Positions 52,852 through 64,000 of a stretch of 64,000 bases of DNA are shown in pieces. Source of the DNA: Phoronis australis. Taxonomy: Eukaryota > Animalia > Phoronida. Both the position numbers and the translations under genes were made by a program. The stretch spans positions 62,001-126,000 of the forward strand of contig NMRA01000674.1 of the NCBI GenBank assembly GCA_002633005.1. Direction: 5' to 3'. Positions within the stretch are counted from its first letter, which is position 1. Each line of letters begins with the position of its first letter. Below the pieces are notes generated by a model that saw nothing but the letters and a program-made list of their open reading frames with translations, had not been told where the DNA came from and did no database searches.

Positions 52852-53492
52852 GGGATCGGGTTGGGGAAGGGGTTTTTCTGTCTTTAGCAGCCGCTGTTGT
52901 TTCGAACGATATGAGATGCCGAAAACTTTGTTGGAAGCATTCTCTGTTCTCGGGTGATTGATCAGTGGCTCTAGAGTGGGAGGCCTCTCTAACCCAATCA
53001 TCCCCCTTTGGGGCGCCTGGTCAGGAGTATCTTGACTTTGACCTCTTCGGGTCCGATTGATACCCCTTGTCTCCGGTCAGGTGACACGGGAACCCTTGAG
53101 AACTAATACCCTGGTTCTTGAGTCTTAAGCCAGTTGCGGCTGGTGGTAAACAACACAGAACTTTGCGTATCAAGTAATCTTGGGCAAACCGCGGTGCACG
53201 GAGTAGCGCCTGTTGCACTAGGGGACAAGCCTCTGCACGGTTAGCCCTGGGAGGTTGCGAGGTTCTGGCACTTGGAGGTAGACATACTGAACCTGGGTAG
53301 TCCATTTGCAGCAGAAGCCCTTTCGCTGGGGGTCATATGCTCGCTTGGAGGAACCAGGGGAGGGAGCTGTTGAAACCAGTGTCAGATCCTATAGGTTTGC
53401 GGATGCAGGAAAGCCTTTGGCTGGGCCTTGTTGCCACCCTATGGATAGGGTGAATGCGGATGCAGACCTGAATCATAACCTATACTTGCTAT

Positions 53493-54794
53493 ATGGATCC
53501 ACAGCGAAAACCAATAACCCACCCTGGTCAGGGTTCAAGTGACCAGCGCACAGGGCAGTCGAATGTGGTCTTTGCGGCCACGGACGTCCGCCTCAAAGAC
53601 TCCTCCCTAGGAGTTTCTATAAGGCAAGTGGAAGCACCCCCTACTGTGGACGCTTGCTCTGGGAAATCACTGGACTCTTCTATGAGAGTGGAAAGTGAGA
53701 TTACCAAGCTTGTGAAAGCGGCTAGGGTGGCTGCTGACGCGAACCCCAAACCTGCCCCGGACACTCCTCACGGAGCGAATGGTGGCGGAAACACTTCAAC
53801 TGGGCCTGATGGCAGCTCCCACCGTCTCTCTGCTGCTGCTAGGCGGAAGACAAAGCGGGCTCGCCAGGCGGCTCAGAAGAAGCTTGAAAACCTAGAAATC
53901 GATGTTCAGCAGGGTGTTAAGCGCCCTAAGTCTGACAGCTCGACTCCTGGGACATCCTCAAAACCACCCACCAAAGTGGCTAAAGTGGATAAACTACCTT
54001 ACGCTAGTGTGGCTAAGAAGGATCTTAGCGTCTTTGTGGCTGCAAAAGCTGGTGAGCCACCACTAAATGAGGACGAGGCTAAGCGTCTGAAGCGCCGACT
54101 ACAGATGGCATTTGTCAAACCTCAGAGACCCCGTGTCCCGCTTCATATTAAGTCAGTGAGACTTGAAAAGGGCAAACTGGCGATTGCCTGTGATAACTCA
54201 GCTACCCTTGACTGGGTCAAACTTGAGTGTAAGGAACTTACTCCTGATGGTCCTGACTCTCACAGGTCAGGGTACCACGTGATGGGTCCAGGCGATCTAC
54301 CTCCTGTGTTCAAGGCCTTCTGTCATGTGTCAGAGGAAGTTGCCTCTAATAAGGATGAGTTCTTGTTGGTCCTTAAGGAGTGCAACGATGACCTGGATAT
54401 GACAAAGGTTCATGTGGTGTCAATGACTGCCATCAAACCAACGTTAAAATATCCCTCTAAGGGATTTACCATTGTCCTAGCCTTTGAAGAGTCCGCTTGG
54501 CAGGTTCTCCGGGGGATGGATTTTCGTCCCTGGTGTGGCTTTGCTGGGCGTGTGCTTTTTAGAGCTAGGGGTAAAAGCAGTAAGGGGGCCAAAGCTTCTG
54601 TCCAGGCCTCAGAAGGGATGTCAACCTCGGACATGGAAGCTGACTGTGTGCCCACCACAAAGTCAGCAGAAATGGACGTGGGTGATGAAACGACTGAGGT
54701 AGGGAATGTTGCTGAGGCTTCTGAACCTGTACCATCCAATGACAGATCTTCTCTGGCTCCTTCCCCACTCACGAGTGATGTGGAGTCTGGATAG
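53493..54794 (+). CDS. LINE ORF1 (gag-like, DUF4780-type domain), 433 aa
   Basis: Intact ORF: basic N-terminal region, PYASVAK, VRLEKGKLAIACDNSATLDWVK as in LOA/R1-type ORF1s. ORF2 follows after 31 nt. Confidence 0.8.
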   Translation: MDPQRKPITHPGQGSSDQRTGQSNVVFAATDVRLKDSSLGVSIRQVEAPPTVDACSGKSLDSSMRVESEITKLVKAARVAADANPKPAPDTPHGANGGGNTSTGPDGSSHRLSAAARRKTKRARQAAQKKLENLEIDVQQGVKRPKSDSSTPGTSSKPPTKVAKVDKLPYASVAKKDLSVFVAAKAGEPPLNEDEAKRLKRRLQMAFVKPQRPRVPLHIKSVRLEKGKLAIACDNSATLDWVKLECKELTPDGPDSHRSGYHVMGPGDLPPVFKAFCHVSEEVASNKDEFLLVLKECNDDLDMTKVHVVSMTAIKPTLKYPSKGFTIVLAFEESAWQVLRGMDFRPWCGFAGRVLFRARGKSSKGAKASVQASEGMSTSDMEADCVPTTKSAEMDVGDETTEVGNVAEASEPVPSNDRSSLAPSPLTSDVESG

Positions 54795-54825
54795 ACAGTC
54801 ACTGGTATATTCTTAACATGATGAA

Positions 54826-56066
54826 ATGAATCATGAGGTTAAAATCTGGCAGATAAATCTGCACCGGGCCAACAACCCATCAGTGCTTCTGCAGCAGACG
54901 CTTGAGCGCAATACCCTATTCATGGCCTTCATACAAGAGCCGTGCTGTCGGGGAAGTGCAATGATGAACACTCCTAGGAATGCCAAATCTTATATTGCTT
55001 CACTGGGTAACAACATCAAGCCCAGGGCTGCGATTCTGGTATCCAAGGACATAACCTCAAGAATCCTTCCTGAGTTTTGTGACAGGGACACTGTGGCAGT
55101 GTCCTGTGATACACTAAGACCAAATGGTCTAATATGCACAGTATGGTGGGTCTCAGCCTATATGCCAGGGGACTCCGCCGAGAACCCACTCCCACCTAAA
55201 CTGCAACAAATCACCAATCACTGCAGAGCCAAGAATATCCCTTTGGTTATCTGTTGTGATGCCAATTCACATCACGAGGTGTGGCACAGCACTGACACCA
55301 ACCCAAGAGGTGAGGCACTTCTAGAGTTTATTGTCAGCTCACAACTTGTAATATGAAACAAGGGCCATGAGTCCACATTTGTTGTCAGAAACCGGCAGGA
55401 GGTTATAGACATTACTCTGGTTAATTTGCCTGCTGTTGATGTGGTAACTAATTGGAGAGTGGATTCTGCACCTTCTTTATCTGACCACAGATACATCAGG
55501 TTTGAAGTGGCGACTTTCGTTGTTCTACTATTTACTGAGTATAGGAACACCAATAAGGTGAACCAAAGAACTGGCAGCACTTCGGGGTAAGGCACGTAAA
55601 GCTCACAGAACGGCAATTCGGACTGACACTGACGAGTGCTGGGATTCATATCATCTTGCCTATCGTATGTTTAAGTCTGCCACACGCAAAGCAAAGCGCA
55701 ATTCCTGGAGGAATTTCTGTCAGCAAACTAACAGCCTCTCTGCATCTGCAAGGCTGATGCAATTGCTTAAGAAGAATCGCTCCGCCGAGGAAACACTCGA
55801 AGTCATGATGGGTAAGCACTATCCTGATAGTGTAAACCTGTCGAACCAATATTCAAAAGTGACGGACTCAGAGGTGTGTGAACCATTAGTTTATGCTGAT
55901 GTTGAAAACGTAGCCACACCACATCTCGTGGAGTTAGCTCTAAAGTCTTTTAAACCATGGAAGTCCCCAGGACTAGACATGATATATCCCATAATGTTGC
56001 AAGAAGCTGGGATACCACTATTCCATATACTCACAGCAACTTACAAAGCCAGTCTTAGACTAGGTT
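54826..56066 (+). pseudogene. LINE ORF2 N-terminal part: APE endonuclease and start of RT, disrupted
   Basis: QINLH, IQEP, SAYMP, CDANSHH..WHS, NPRGEALLEFI, (stop) NKG..STF, VIDITL, SLSDHRYIRF; then WRNFCQQ and KSPGLDMIYP. Confidence 0.85.
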
Positions 56067-57146
56067 NATTGAACACTAGCCTCAACTGACTTTCGTATCT
56101 CTTAGTCGGGCACAAAATATAACAGTGAGTAGCTTCAACAATATTTCTTAAGATTGCCTGTCCAAATAACTTCATGCACACCAGCTTTCTGAAGAACAGC
56201 TTCAAAATCTTGCTTTAGTTTTGAAAGGCAACTGTCATATCCATGTGTTAGAAGCTTTGATTCAATGAACTCCAAACAAAACTGTAGACAAACGTCTCTG
56301 AAAACTGTGGATTCGTCACTCTTCACAATCGTCTTTCTATTTTTTTTACCATGAGGAGCTGGGGTTCTTGGCTTCTAAGACCCAAGGACTTTATCTTTGA
56401 ATTCCATTTGCATATTCAGGGATCTGGACTGAGCTGTCGCTTGCGAAAAAAACCCGAACTGTTAACACTAATTTAACATTCAACTATGAGTGAGTTGGCA
56501 TGCAGACGGGCTTATCAGGAACTGATCCACTACCAGTCTAACAAATTTACATGCCGTCTGATCTGTAGCCTAATAATGTTGATCGTCTAATAAATAGATT
56601 AGTTGATGCAACTGAAAATAAATCAGCTGAAATACCAGTGCAGTGATTGAAATTTAATTTTTTTAAAATCAGATGCTCAAAACATATCCAATCGATTTAC
56701 ACTTAAGGTAATCGTCATTTGACGAAATGGACAGTGGTTTCCATCATCTTCAAATTACGACGGCGACGACGGCCACTTTGGCACTCTAATTTAATTATCA
56801 TTGCAGCTACCTAAGTAATTATTGTTTACAAAAAATAGAAATGAGGTTCCCCCTATCCCAGGACTACGACAGGGGATGACGGCCACTTGGCAATGTTGTT
56901 TGCAACCATCTACTCCATTTAACCTTCTCAAAAATTTTTGACTTAAAGCGCTTTAAAATCACACCCACAGTATAACGCCATATGATTATCCCTTAGCGCA
57001 AGCAGTGTCGATGTGGCAACTGAACAATGGAGTGTTCGAAAAACAGGATTGCAGGAGTATTTGTTTAAACTGGGAACAAATGAAAACATTAACGACCTCT
57101 TCACAGGCATCTCTCTGCGGTACTTCTAAACTTATAGGAACATAAT

Positions 57147-58562
57147 TTGCATATTACAGAAAAAATCTCAAAAGCCAAATCTGCATTGGTGAGATGCAGT
57201 CGTGCGGTGGGTAAAACTTGGGGAATGTCTCCCAAGAATATGTTCTGGATTTATACTGCTGTTATCCGACCTATAATGTCCTATGCTTCGTTGATATGGG
57301 TAACGGCATTAAAACAGATTACAATTATCAACAAACTTAGGCAGCTGCAACGTCTAGCTTGTTTGTGCATAACCTCTGCTTTTCCAGGAACGCCTTCTGC
57401 AGCCCTAGAAATGCTAATCGGTCTACCACCACTGAACATATACCTTGAGGGTGAAGCTGCATCTGCTGCACTTCGTCTCAAATATAATGGTCAGTGGGTG
57501 AAAACTAACATCCCTGACTCCGTTGCACACAGAAGCCACAGGAATGTTTGCAATAAGCTAATGGCCAAGACTGGGCAACTATGGAACATGCCTAGTGATG
57601 TCCAGGTCACAACTTTAAATCATACAAACAATTTCTTCACGGAAATTGGCGATGGATGGCCTACCGCAGAACACAAGAATGAGGTGGTTTGTTATACGGA
57701 CGGCTCTAAACTGGAAAATGGCCAGACAGGTGCTGGGGTCTACTTTCCAAGCCTTCCTGTTGCAGATGCAGAAAACTGGGTATCGTTGGGCAATCTTGCC
57801 ACGGTGTTTCAGGCTGAGATCACTGCAATTAATAGAGCTGCTCAACTGGCACAACAATATAACACTGAACTTGGCAATCGGCCAATTATCATCTTTTCAG
57901 ATAGCCAGGCAGCAATAAAAGCCCTAAAGAAACTAAGGGTCAACTCTCGTTGTGTTAATGCTTGTATTAATGAGCTTAACAAGCTTGCAATTGAAAGAAC
58001 CGTCAATATACGCTGGGTCAGGGCCCATGTGGGAATTGATGGCAATGAGAATGCAGACAGACTCGCAAAGATAGGAGCAAGCGTTCTGCATTTTGTGCCT
58101 GAACCTGCTATCCCGGTATCTTACGGATGTTGCAGGATGAGTATACGCAACTGGGTACATACCCAGTCAGCAGCCCAGTGGGCATCACTTAACTCCTGCC
58201 GAGAAACCAAGGAGAATTTTCCCAACGTGATCGAACCAAAAGGTTCAAAAAGCCTTCTGAGTCTAGATAGATTGGGTATAAGACACGTCATTCAAATTTT
58301 GACGGGCCACTGCAACCTAGCCCGACACAGACACATTACTGGGCATATGAGGAGCCCTGTGTGTCCCGAGTGTGGTACTGACGTAGAATCTCCTAAACAC
58401 CTGGTAGAGTCTTGCCCAGCTTTTTATAGGCTAAGGAGCAACCTACTGGATGGCATTGTTACATGCCTACAACATATAGTGCATGGCAACAAATGGAAAC
58501 GTCTGTCCGTTTTCCTAAAGGAGACTGGCAGACTTGAAAACTTTCTTCACGAGGAGCCATAA
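57147..58562 (+). CDS. LINE ORF2 C-terminal fragment: RT thumb/connection, RNase H, CCHC zinc knuckle (no true start)
   Basis: WIYTAVIRPIMSY; RNase H YTDGSK, VFQAEITAI, FSDSQAA, WVRAHVGIDGNENADRLA; QILTGH...CPEC....ESPKHLVESC. Confidence 0.9.
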   Translation: MHITEKISKAKSALVRCSRAVGKTWGMSPKNMFWIYTAVIRPIMSYASLIWVTALKQITIINKLRQLQRLACLCITSAFPGTPSAALEMLIGLPPLNIYLEGEAASAALRLKYNGQWVKTNIPDSVAHRSHRNVCNKLMAKTGQLWNMPSDVQVTTLNHTNNFFTEIGDGWPTAEHKNEVVCYTDGSKLENGQTGAGVYFPSLPVADAENWVSLGNLATVFQAEITAINRAAQLAQQYNTELGNRPIIIFSDSQAAIKALKKLRVNSRCVNACINELNKLAIERTVNIRWVRAHVGIDGNENADRLAKIGASVLHFVPEPAIPVSYGCCRMSIRNWVHTQSAAQWASLNSCRETKENFPNVIEPKGSKSLLSLDRLGIRHVIQILTGHCNLARHRHITGHMRSPVCPECGTDVESPKHLVESCPAFYRLRSNLLDGIVTCLQHIVHGNKWKRLSVFLKETGRLENFLHEEP

Positions 58563-58681
58563 TTGGGGTCTCGTGCCTTTGCTCAGGTGTTTTGTGCAAT
58601 GGGCCCAACCATGAGGCCTGCGCACGTCTGATGCACCGCAAATGACATCAGACCACCTGCACTGTTTTTCTTTTGTTTTTT
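57151..58681 (+). mobile_element. 5'-truncated LOA-like LINE copy with 8-bp TSD TAATTTGC and T-rich tail
   Basis: TAATTTGC at 57143-57150 and 58682-58689; the body is the ORF2 C-terminus plus 3' UTR. Confidence 0.75.
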
Positions 58682-59622
58682 TAATTTGCTGAAAAGCATC
58701 CTGAATATGGAGTACTTATGGTATGATCACCGTCTCTACTGGGTCAGCGGTATTGTTTATGGCCTAGGCAGCCAAGGAGCTGAACAAGTTAAAAAAACAA
58801 CTGGTGATAATACTGAAACACACATGGAAAACACCAAGATATACGTTTCAAAAACACGTAACTATTTTACAAAGCTATACTTCTTTCTCTTTCTTGAAAT
58901 ATGGTCCATAATATACTTTTCCTGCAAACAAATGATGCACTCATGTTTCAGAATGTTCCTATCTTATTCAGGTTAATTGGGTGTTTCAGATTTTGGAAGC
59001 ATAATTGATTTTCTTGGGAAATCTTGGATAACATCTGTATCACTTTCAGCAACTTCAGCTTTAGTACTACTGTTGGTGCCTTGAAAAGTTGATATGCCGT
59101 TCTATGTCCTTTCAATTTCTTGGTCTTCTAGTCTACAGCACTCAGCAGTATACTGTGTAGGCTATACCAGGACATGCAGCTGTTTTCTGCACAAACGTTT
59201 GTGACACCTCTTCTTCTTTTTTATCTACTGATCTAAAGAGTTCCACAGTCCATCAGAGTTCGTCAGGAAGCTTTCCTAATCTTCTTTAGGCTCTGGCATC
59301 ACAATTTTGTGCTGTTTGATAAACCTTGAATTATACAAGCATCGCACTCTATGGGAGCAGCCATATTGAAGTAAGTAAGCACAACAATACAATCTGGCTC
59401 TCTGATTGGTCAATTCAATAGAAAAGCGCCACCAAGTGGCAGTAATGTGCATAATATTTTGTGCAACAAAAACGCCTTTTTTTAAAAATGTGCAAGTGTA
59501 GACGAGGGAACTTTTTGGAATTTGATTTATAGGTATATTATCTAGCCACATAGAAAAAACTAGGTTGCCCCCCAAAAGTACTCACAAGGATGAACGCTAT
59601 GAGAACAGACCCCCTTACAAAA

Positions 59623-59885
59623 ATGAACTTAAGTTTTTCGCCAAAAACTTTAGTTTTTCAGCACAATGTTAAGTTTTTCAGAAAACTTATTTTTTCAAGT
59701 GTACAACTTAAGTTTTCACAAATAAACTTAAGTTTCAAGTAACAACTTAAGTTTTCATGAAAACATAAGTTTTTTGTACTAACAAAACTTAAGTTTTTCT
59801 GATAACTTAAGTTTATCACAAAACTTAAGTTTTTGTAATTTTAAAAACTTAAGTTTTCCTGATTTCTTAAGTTTTTCAGAAAACT
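59623..59885. repeat. Irregular array of the palindromic motif AAACTTAAGTTT, about 12 copies
   Basis: Directly visible with variable spacers. Confidence 0.85.
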
Positions 59886-62800
59886 GGATTTTTTATTTGT
59901 TTCTATGTGATCAAAATTTACGTATTCAAGTTTTTAAAATTTGAATATTGTGAGATATTTAATTTTTGGTTCGAAATTTTTCCCATTATTTTCCAACAAA
60001 AAAAAAATTGTTTGCTCATGCAAAACCCATGATCTCAAAAAATGTTGCCCGAATGTTTCCTTAACATTTATATAGATACAAATACCATAAAACGACGAAC
60101 GTTTAACCTGGTCAGTACAGAATTAGTGCAGTTATGTAATCATTACGGCACTGCGTATTTGTGAATTTAAATGTAGACGAACATCCGGTGACCAACAGCA
60201 GTAAGAATGCACCCAATGTTAATCTCCTGAGACACTGACCTGGTCAGTACAATGTAATCAATAGAACTCATGCAATTCTTAAAAAAAGTAGTTATTTTGC
60301 AAGTTTCCTTTGTGTTGAGTTGTATTCGTAAGGCAGTTTCCACCGGAATGCAACAGTTTGAATTTTATAACCGACAGTCAACTTCGAAGAAAGTCGTGTG
60401 TTGGCTAGCCCGCGACAATGAAGTTTATATTATTACGAGCAGAGCCAGGAAGAAGACATTTCAGAAGTTTTGGAAGTCAGGTTAGTGCCAGAGAGCGTTT
60501 TAAAATCGATTGGCCACAATCGGTGGTGTGATTTCCAACGAACGTGTTAAGTTCAGTTGTTATTGTCAGCCACTCACGAGTCACGCTGTCATATACCGAC
60601 ATGGACTCATTCTGTGTGTGAATTATCTAAACTTCTAACGCGTAATATACTTCTGGAGGTCAATCAGTGGAAGCCATAACGTTCACATGAGGCTATTACT
60701 ATATTATATTTCTGTCTTCTGAGGTTGTGTCAGTGCTCAGGTCAGTGTGATCATTGCAAGGGGGGGGGGGAACTACCAAGGGAAAGTGTAATCATTTCCC
60801 AAGTTGGGTATATTGGCATTGGTTGTGTGTGCTCATGTCTATGTTCGTAGTAATTCTTGGAAGCTCCTGATTTTGAAATCTCATATCACTACAGGTCAAT
60901 AATTTGCAAGGTTCACTTGCCTCATCAACGCACCAGTCCTAAAATATGGGGGGTGCTCAAATTTTTGGGCATGTTGACCTTTTACTAAAAAAACGTGGTA
61001 TGTTCAGAGCTGTGCACAGTGCATTTCTGAATTACATCTTTTTAGTGGACTCGCATCTTGTTTTCTCAATTTGTTTTGTTTCTATGAGGCTGACCTTTTC
61101 ATGCCCACTTCGGCAAGTGGGGGGGTGCTCGTTCGAGCCTCCCCTGGGTGCGCGCATGTGCCTGGTTCTCAAAATTAAGAATAACCAATGTAAATATTGT
61201 ATTGCCTATTTTGACTGATTTGCTCAGGTTTGTCGGGAGGATCTAGGTTATTGAATGCAAAAGGACATCCCGATCCCACTACTAGTACCCTATCTGGAAT
61301 ACCGACCGGTATAGGTCACAATGTACCCAAGTGAACTCTCACCAGTGAACGTGTTAAGTTTTTTTGTAGTTCGTTTTTTTAAAAGATCGTATTTTTAAAT
61401 ATTCAAAAAATCCAATTTTACCTCGATTTTTTTTTCAAAATGCACAGGGATCATCATCAACTGTTTCCTTACGCAATATTCTACTTATCCATACCAAATA
61501 TATGTACAAAATCATTATGATCTTGATTTTGTGGCATTTTTTGTGTGTGAGTTGGGGCAAGCACGCCACTTTTTGTCATTCGGTAACTTTCCGTCTAATA
61601 ACTAAAAATCTGGTCCATTTATCAAAAAACCCTGGCAAATTTGCAACTTTCGTAAAAATTGATGCACGTGTTGTGGAAAAATAGGCCCGAGAATCTTGTC
61701 ACTATCCTGAAATCAGGAGCCGAGAAAAACGGCTTTGAAGTTAAGCGGTCATCAATTGCCACTTGAGATCAAATTTCGTTCAGAATGCGTAGTCATTATG
61801 TTCCAATTTTTGTTGAAGTACTAGAAATAAAGCTGATACTTACTTCATATTTAGAAAATATGACACACCTGTTTGTTTACAGCGTAATTTTAATCATTTT
61901 TTCGAACCTGTGAAACACGACAGACGACCAAAACAAATATGGCTGTCACGTGGGCGGAGCTTAGCGTTGATCTATTGTCTGCTGTACTGGTGTGCCGATC
62001 ACACATTAAAACCATGTGTTGATTGTTTATACGATTCATGTGAACTCTCCACTCAAGTTTGTAAAAGACTCTCTAACTAGATTACTCAGACCTATTTGTT
62101 AGTATTCCAATATTATCATCAACCAATATAATATATTGTGTGTTATATCAAATCGCCGCGTTACTGCCTACATATACATGTGTACACTGGCGACGAGGAT
62201 AAAGAACTACTTTCATAGTAATGATTCAACATTTTTACGTGCCTGTACCGAATGGACTTTGGGATAAAAAAAATATCACTTTCTGCGCAAATAGCGCTGC
62301 TTGGGTGAGATTCTCAAGTTACTAAAGTTTCTTATATTGCTTTCCCCTAAAATCGTATAATATCATGAGTTTTAATTCAGGGTTACGTTTGAATCTATGC
62401 ACTAGAAAATTTTTTGTTATGTTGAACACTGGGTCATTTCTCTAATTCTTTGGATTACGGCCAGTGGCAAGTTAAAAATCCTCTGGGTTTGACAGCCTAG
62501 ATTCTCCACGGCGCGTTCCCAGCACAGAAGCACGGTTTATCTGCGAAGACTCTACTCTGACGGCATGTAGTTGTCCATGTGTCGCGCGCGCAGCTTGTCT
62601 TCACAGCGCGTGCATGCACTCTCACCGAATCGTGCAACACCACCCGCGTCGACACTCAGCGTCCTCTCCCAAGACACCTGACCTTATATTACCGACTTCT
62701 CTTATAGTCTTATATGCATGCACAATTTCTGCGCGGACTCCTCAAGCTGAGTGCAGTGATGGCTTCGGTAGGGCTTGGCGTACTCAACTTATTTTTTTTG

Positions 62801-64000
62801 CAGATAGACAAACAGGCTCAGGCTCGGAACAGGAGCTAGTTCACCATTTCACTACCAACTTTCACATGGTCAAAATTAGAATTGCTTTATTCTTGGTCTT
62901 GCTACAACACCAATATCAGCTGGTACATCACTCTCGATTGCCCCGTTACGCAATGCTTGTTGACAGGGTTAGATTAGAGCTAGTGTCCTTGTATATATGC
63001 TCCGCCCCAGTTGTCAATCACTGAGCTGGTGAGCACTCCAGCCATATGACTTACTGAGGTTTGGTCAAATATAGCTAAAAAAACAACTTTGGATTTTCAG
63101 AATGATTTTATTTTTCTTCAGTATACTGTGCATCAAGAATTAAAGATTAGGAAGACATAAAAATGTAAACAACAGTCAAAATTAAGTGTTTTTTTTGTGT
63201 ATCCACCTACCTTAAGACAATAAGTTTTGTCATATGCACGGTTTGTTCTAGATTGTGATAGCATGATAGGTGACCATGTGCATGTTTTGTATTCAAGTTG
63301 TATAGAAAAAAATTGTTTTGAATGTCGCGAATCCAGGATTAAAACTTCATTCAAAACAGTATGTGGAAAACTGACCCACTGCAGTGAATACTTGAAGTAA
63401 ACTTGCAGACTAGTCTTGCACTTGAATCCTGGAGAGTGATTGGTTAAATTTTGAGTTTGAAGACTATTTTCTAGGCTCTGTATATAAGTCAGGAAGTTTT
63501 ACAAATCAGTGTTGTATAAACAGCACGATAAATATCCAGCAAGTTAAGTTGTCTTATACTGATAGCTTTTACCCGTCTGTTATTAAAATTTGTTGTCTTT
63601 ATTGCAGAGTGTGCCTTTAACAATCGTTGGATAAGGAAGGCTACCCAGACAACGCAATGTACGCACTTACGAACTGCAGCTCATGAACCTATGAATTCAA
63701 TTATCTGAGCTCAGAAATGCGCGTTTGTAGTCACAAAACATGGATTACTTGCCTGTGAAGCTAAGCGAGCAGATCCAGCTAAAGAAGATTAAGTGGCTTG
63801 TGGTCTACCATAGAGCTCTTTCACATTGACTTAACTTTTGTCTGAGCGGAGCATCGGCGTATACTGCGAAGTTAACTGGACCGTTCATTCTGGCTGCGGT
63901 AGTTAATAAGCTTCGAAGTAAACAGTAGGTGACGCTGTCGTGATCAAAGGTATCGCAAGGTAGCGTTGCACGCTAAGATGTGACAACTTGGGAACATTTA

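Larger units (their letters stand above)
52640..56066 (+). mobile_element. LOA-like (Lian-Aa1-type) non-LTR retrotransposon, 5' part, cut by the N at 56067
   Basis: About 850-nt 5' UTR, ORF1, APE, start of RT (ALKSFKPWKSPGLDMIYPIMLQ). Premature stop at 55354-55356 and probable internal deletions. Confidence 0.85.
56068..59560 (-). mobile_element. Decayed DNA-transposon coding fragments (Academ-like, tentative) flanking the truncated LINE copy
   Basis: Minus-strand fragments MAAPIECDACIIQ (~59360), ILKHECIICLQEKY (~58950), FRDVCLQFCLEFIESKLL..CLSKLKQDF..L.KAG...NLKK (56135-56326). Boundaries approximate. Confidence 0.35.

Noticed and set aside
53225-53280. Second HDV-like core (gcc tctgcac ggt tagccct gg)
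   Set aside because: L3 lacks the CC needed for P1.1, and no convincing P1 or P2 partners were found.
58626-58653. CTGATG in the LINE 3' UTR as a hammerhead core
   Set aside because: Reads CUGAUGC, has no GAAA partner, and is paired in a perfect hairpin.
63608-63640. TIVG resembling the serine-protease activation motif IVGG
   Set aside because: Followed immediately by a stop, with no trypsin-domain motifs downstream in the window.

Overview
Eukaryotic (animal, probably invertebrate) AT-rich genomic DNA with several single-N or short-N scaffold joins. Two convergent intron-containing genes can be built from splice signals and frame: (1) a + strand gene (exons 4451-4567, 11628-11738, 20402-20519, 38742-39994; about 532 aa) encoding a type II membrane protein with a Thr/Ala mucin-like stalk and one C-terminal LDL-receptor class A module; (2) a - strand gene (exons 48991-48748, 47330-46981; about 197 aa) encoding a type II membrane protein with a divergent SEA-like domain. 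The rest is mostly transposon-derived: nested RTE-X-like and RTE LINEs, Kolobok-type TTAA elements, GC-rich MITEs with 5-bp TSDs, a pogo remnant, Academ-like fragments, and mini/microsatellites. The best finding is a complete HDV-like (nested double-pseudoknot) ribozyme at 52640-52851. Its predicted cleavage site falls at the apparent 5' end of a LOA-like non-LTR retrotransposon (DUF4780-type ORF1, APE, start of RT). A separate 5'-truncated LOA-like copy (RNase H, CCHC, structured 3' UTR, T-rich tail, 8-bp TSD) lies downstream. All family assignments come from motif recognition by eye, not database searches.
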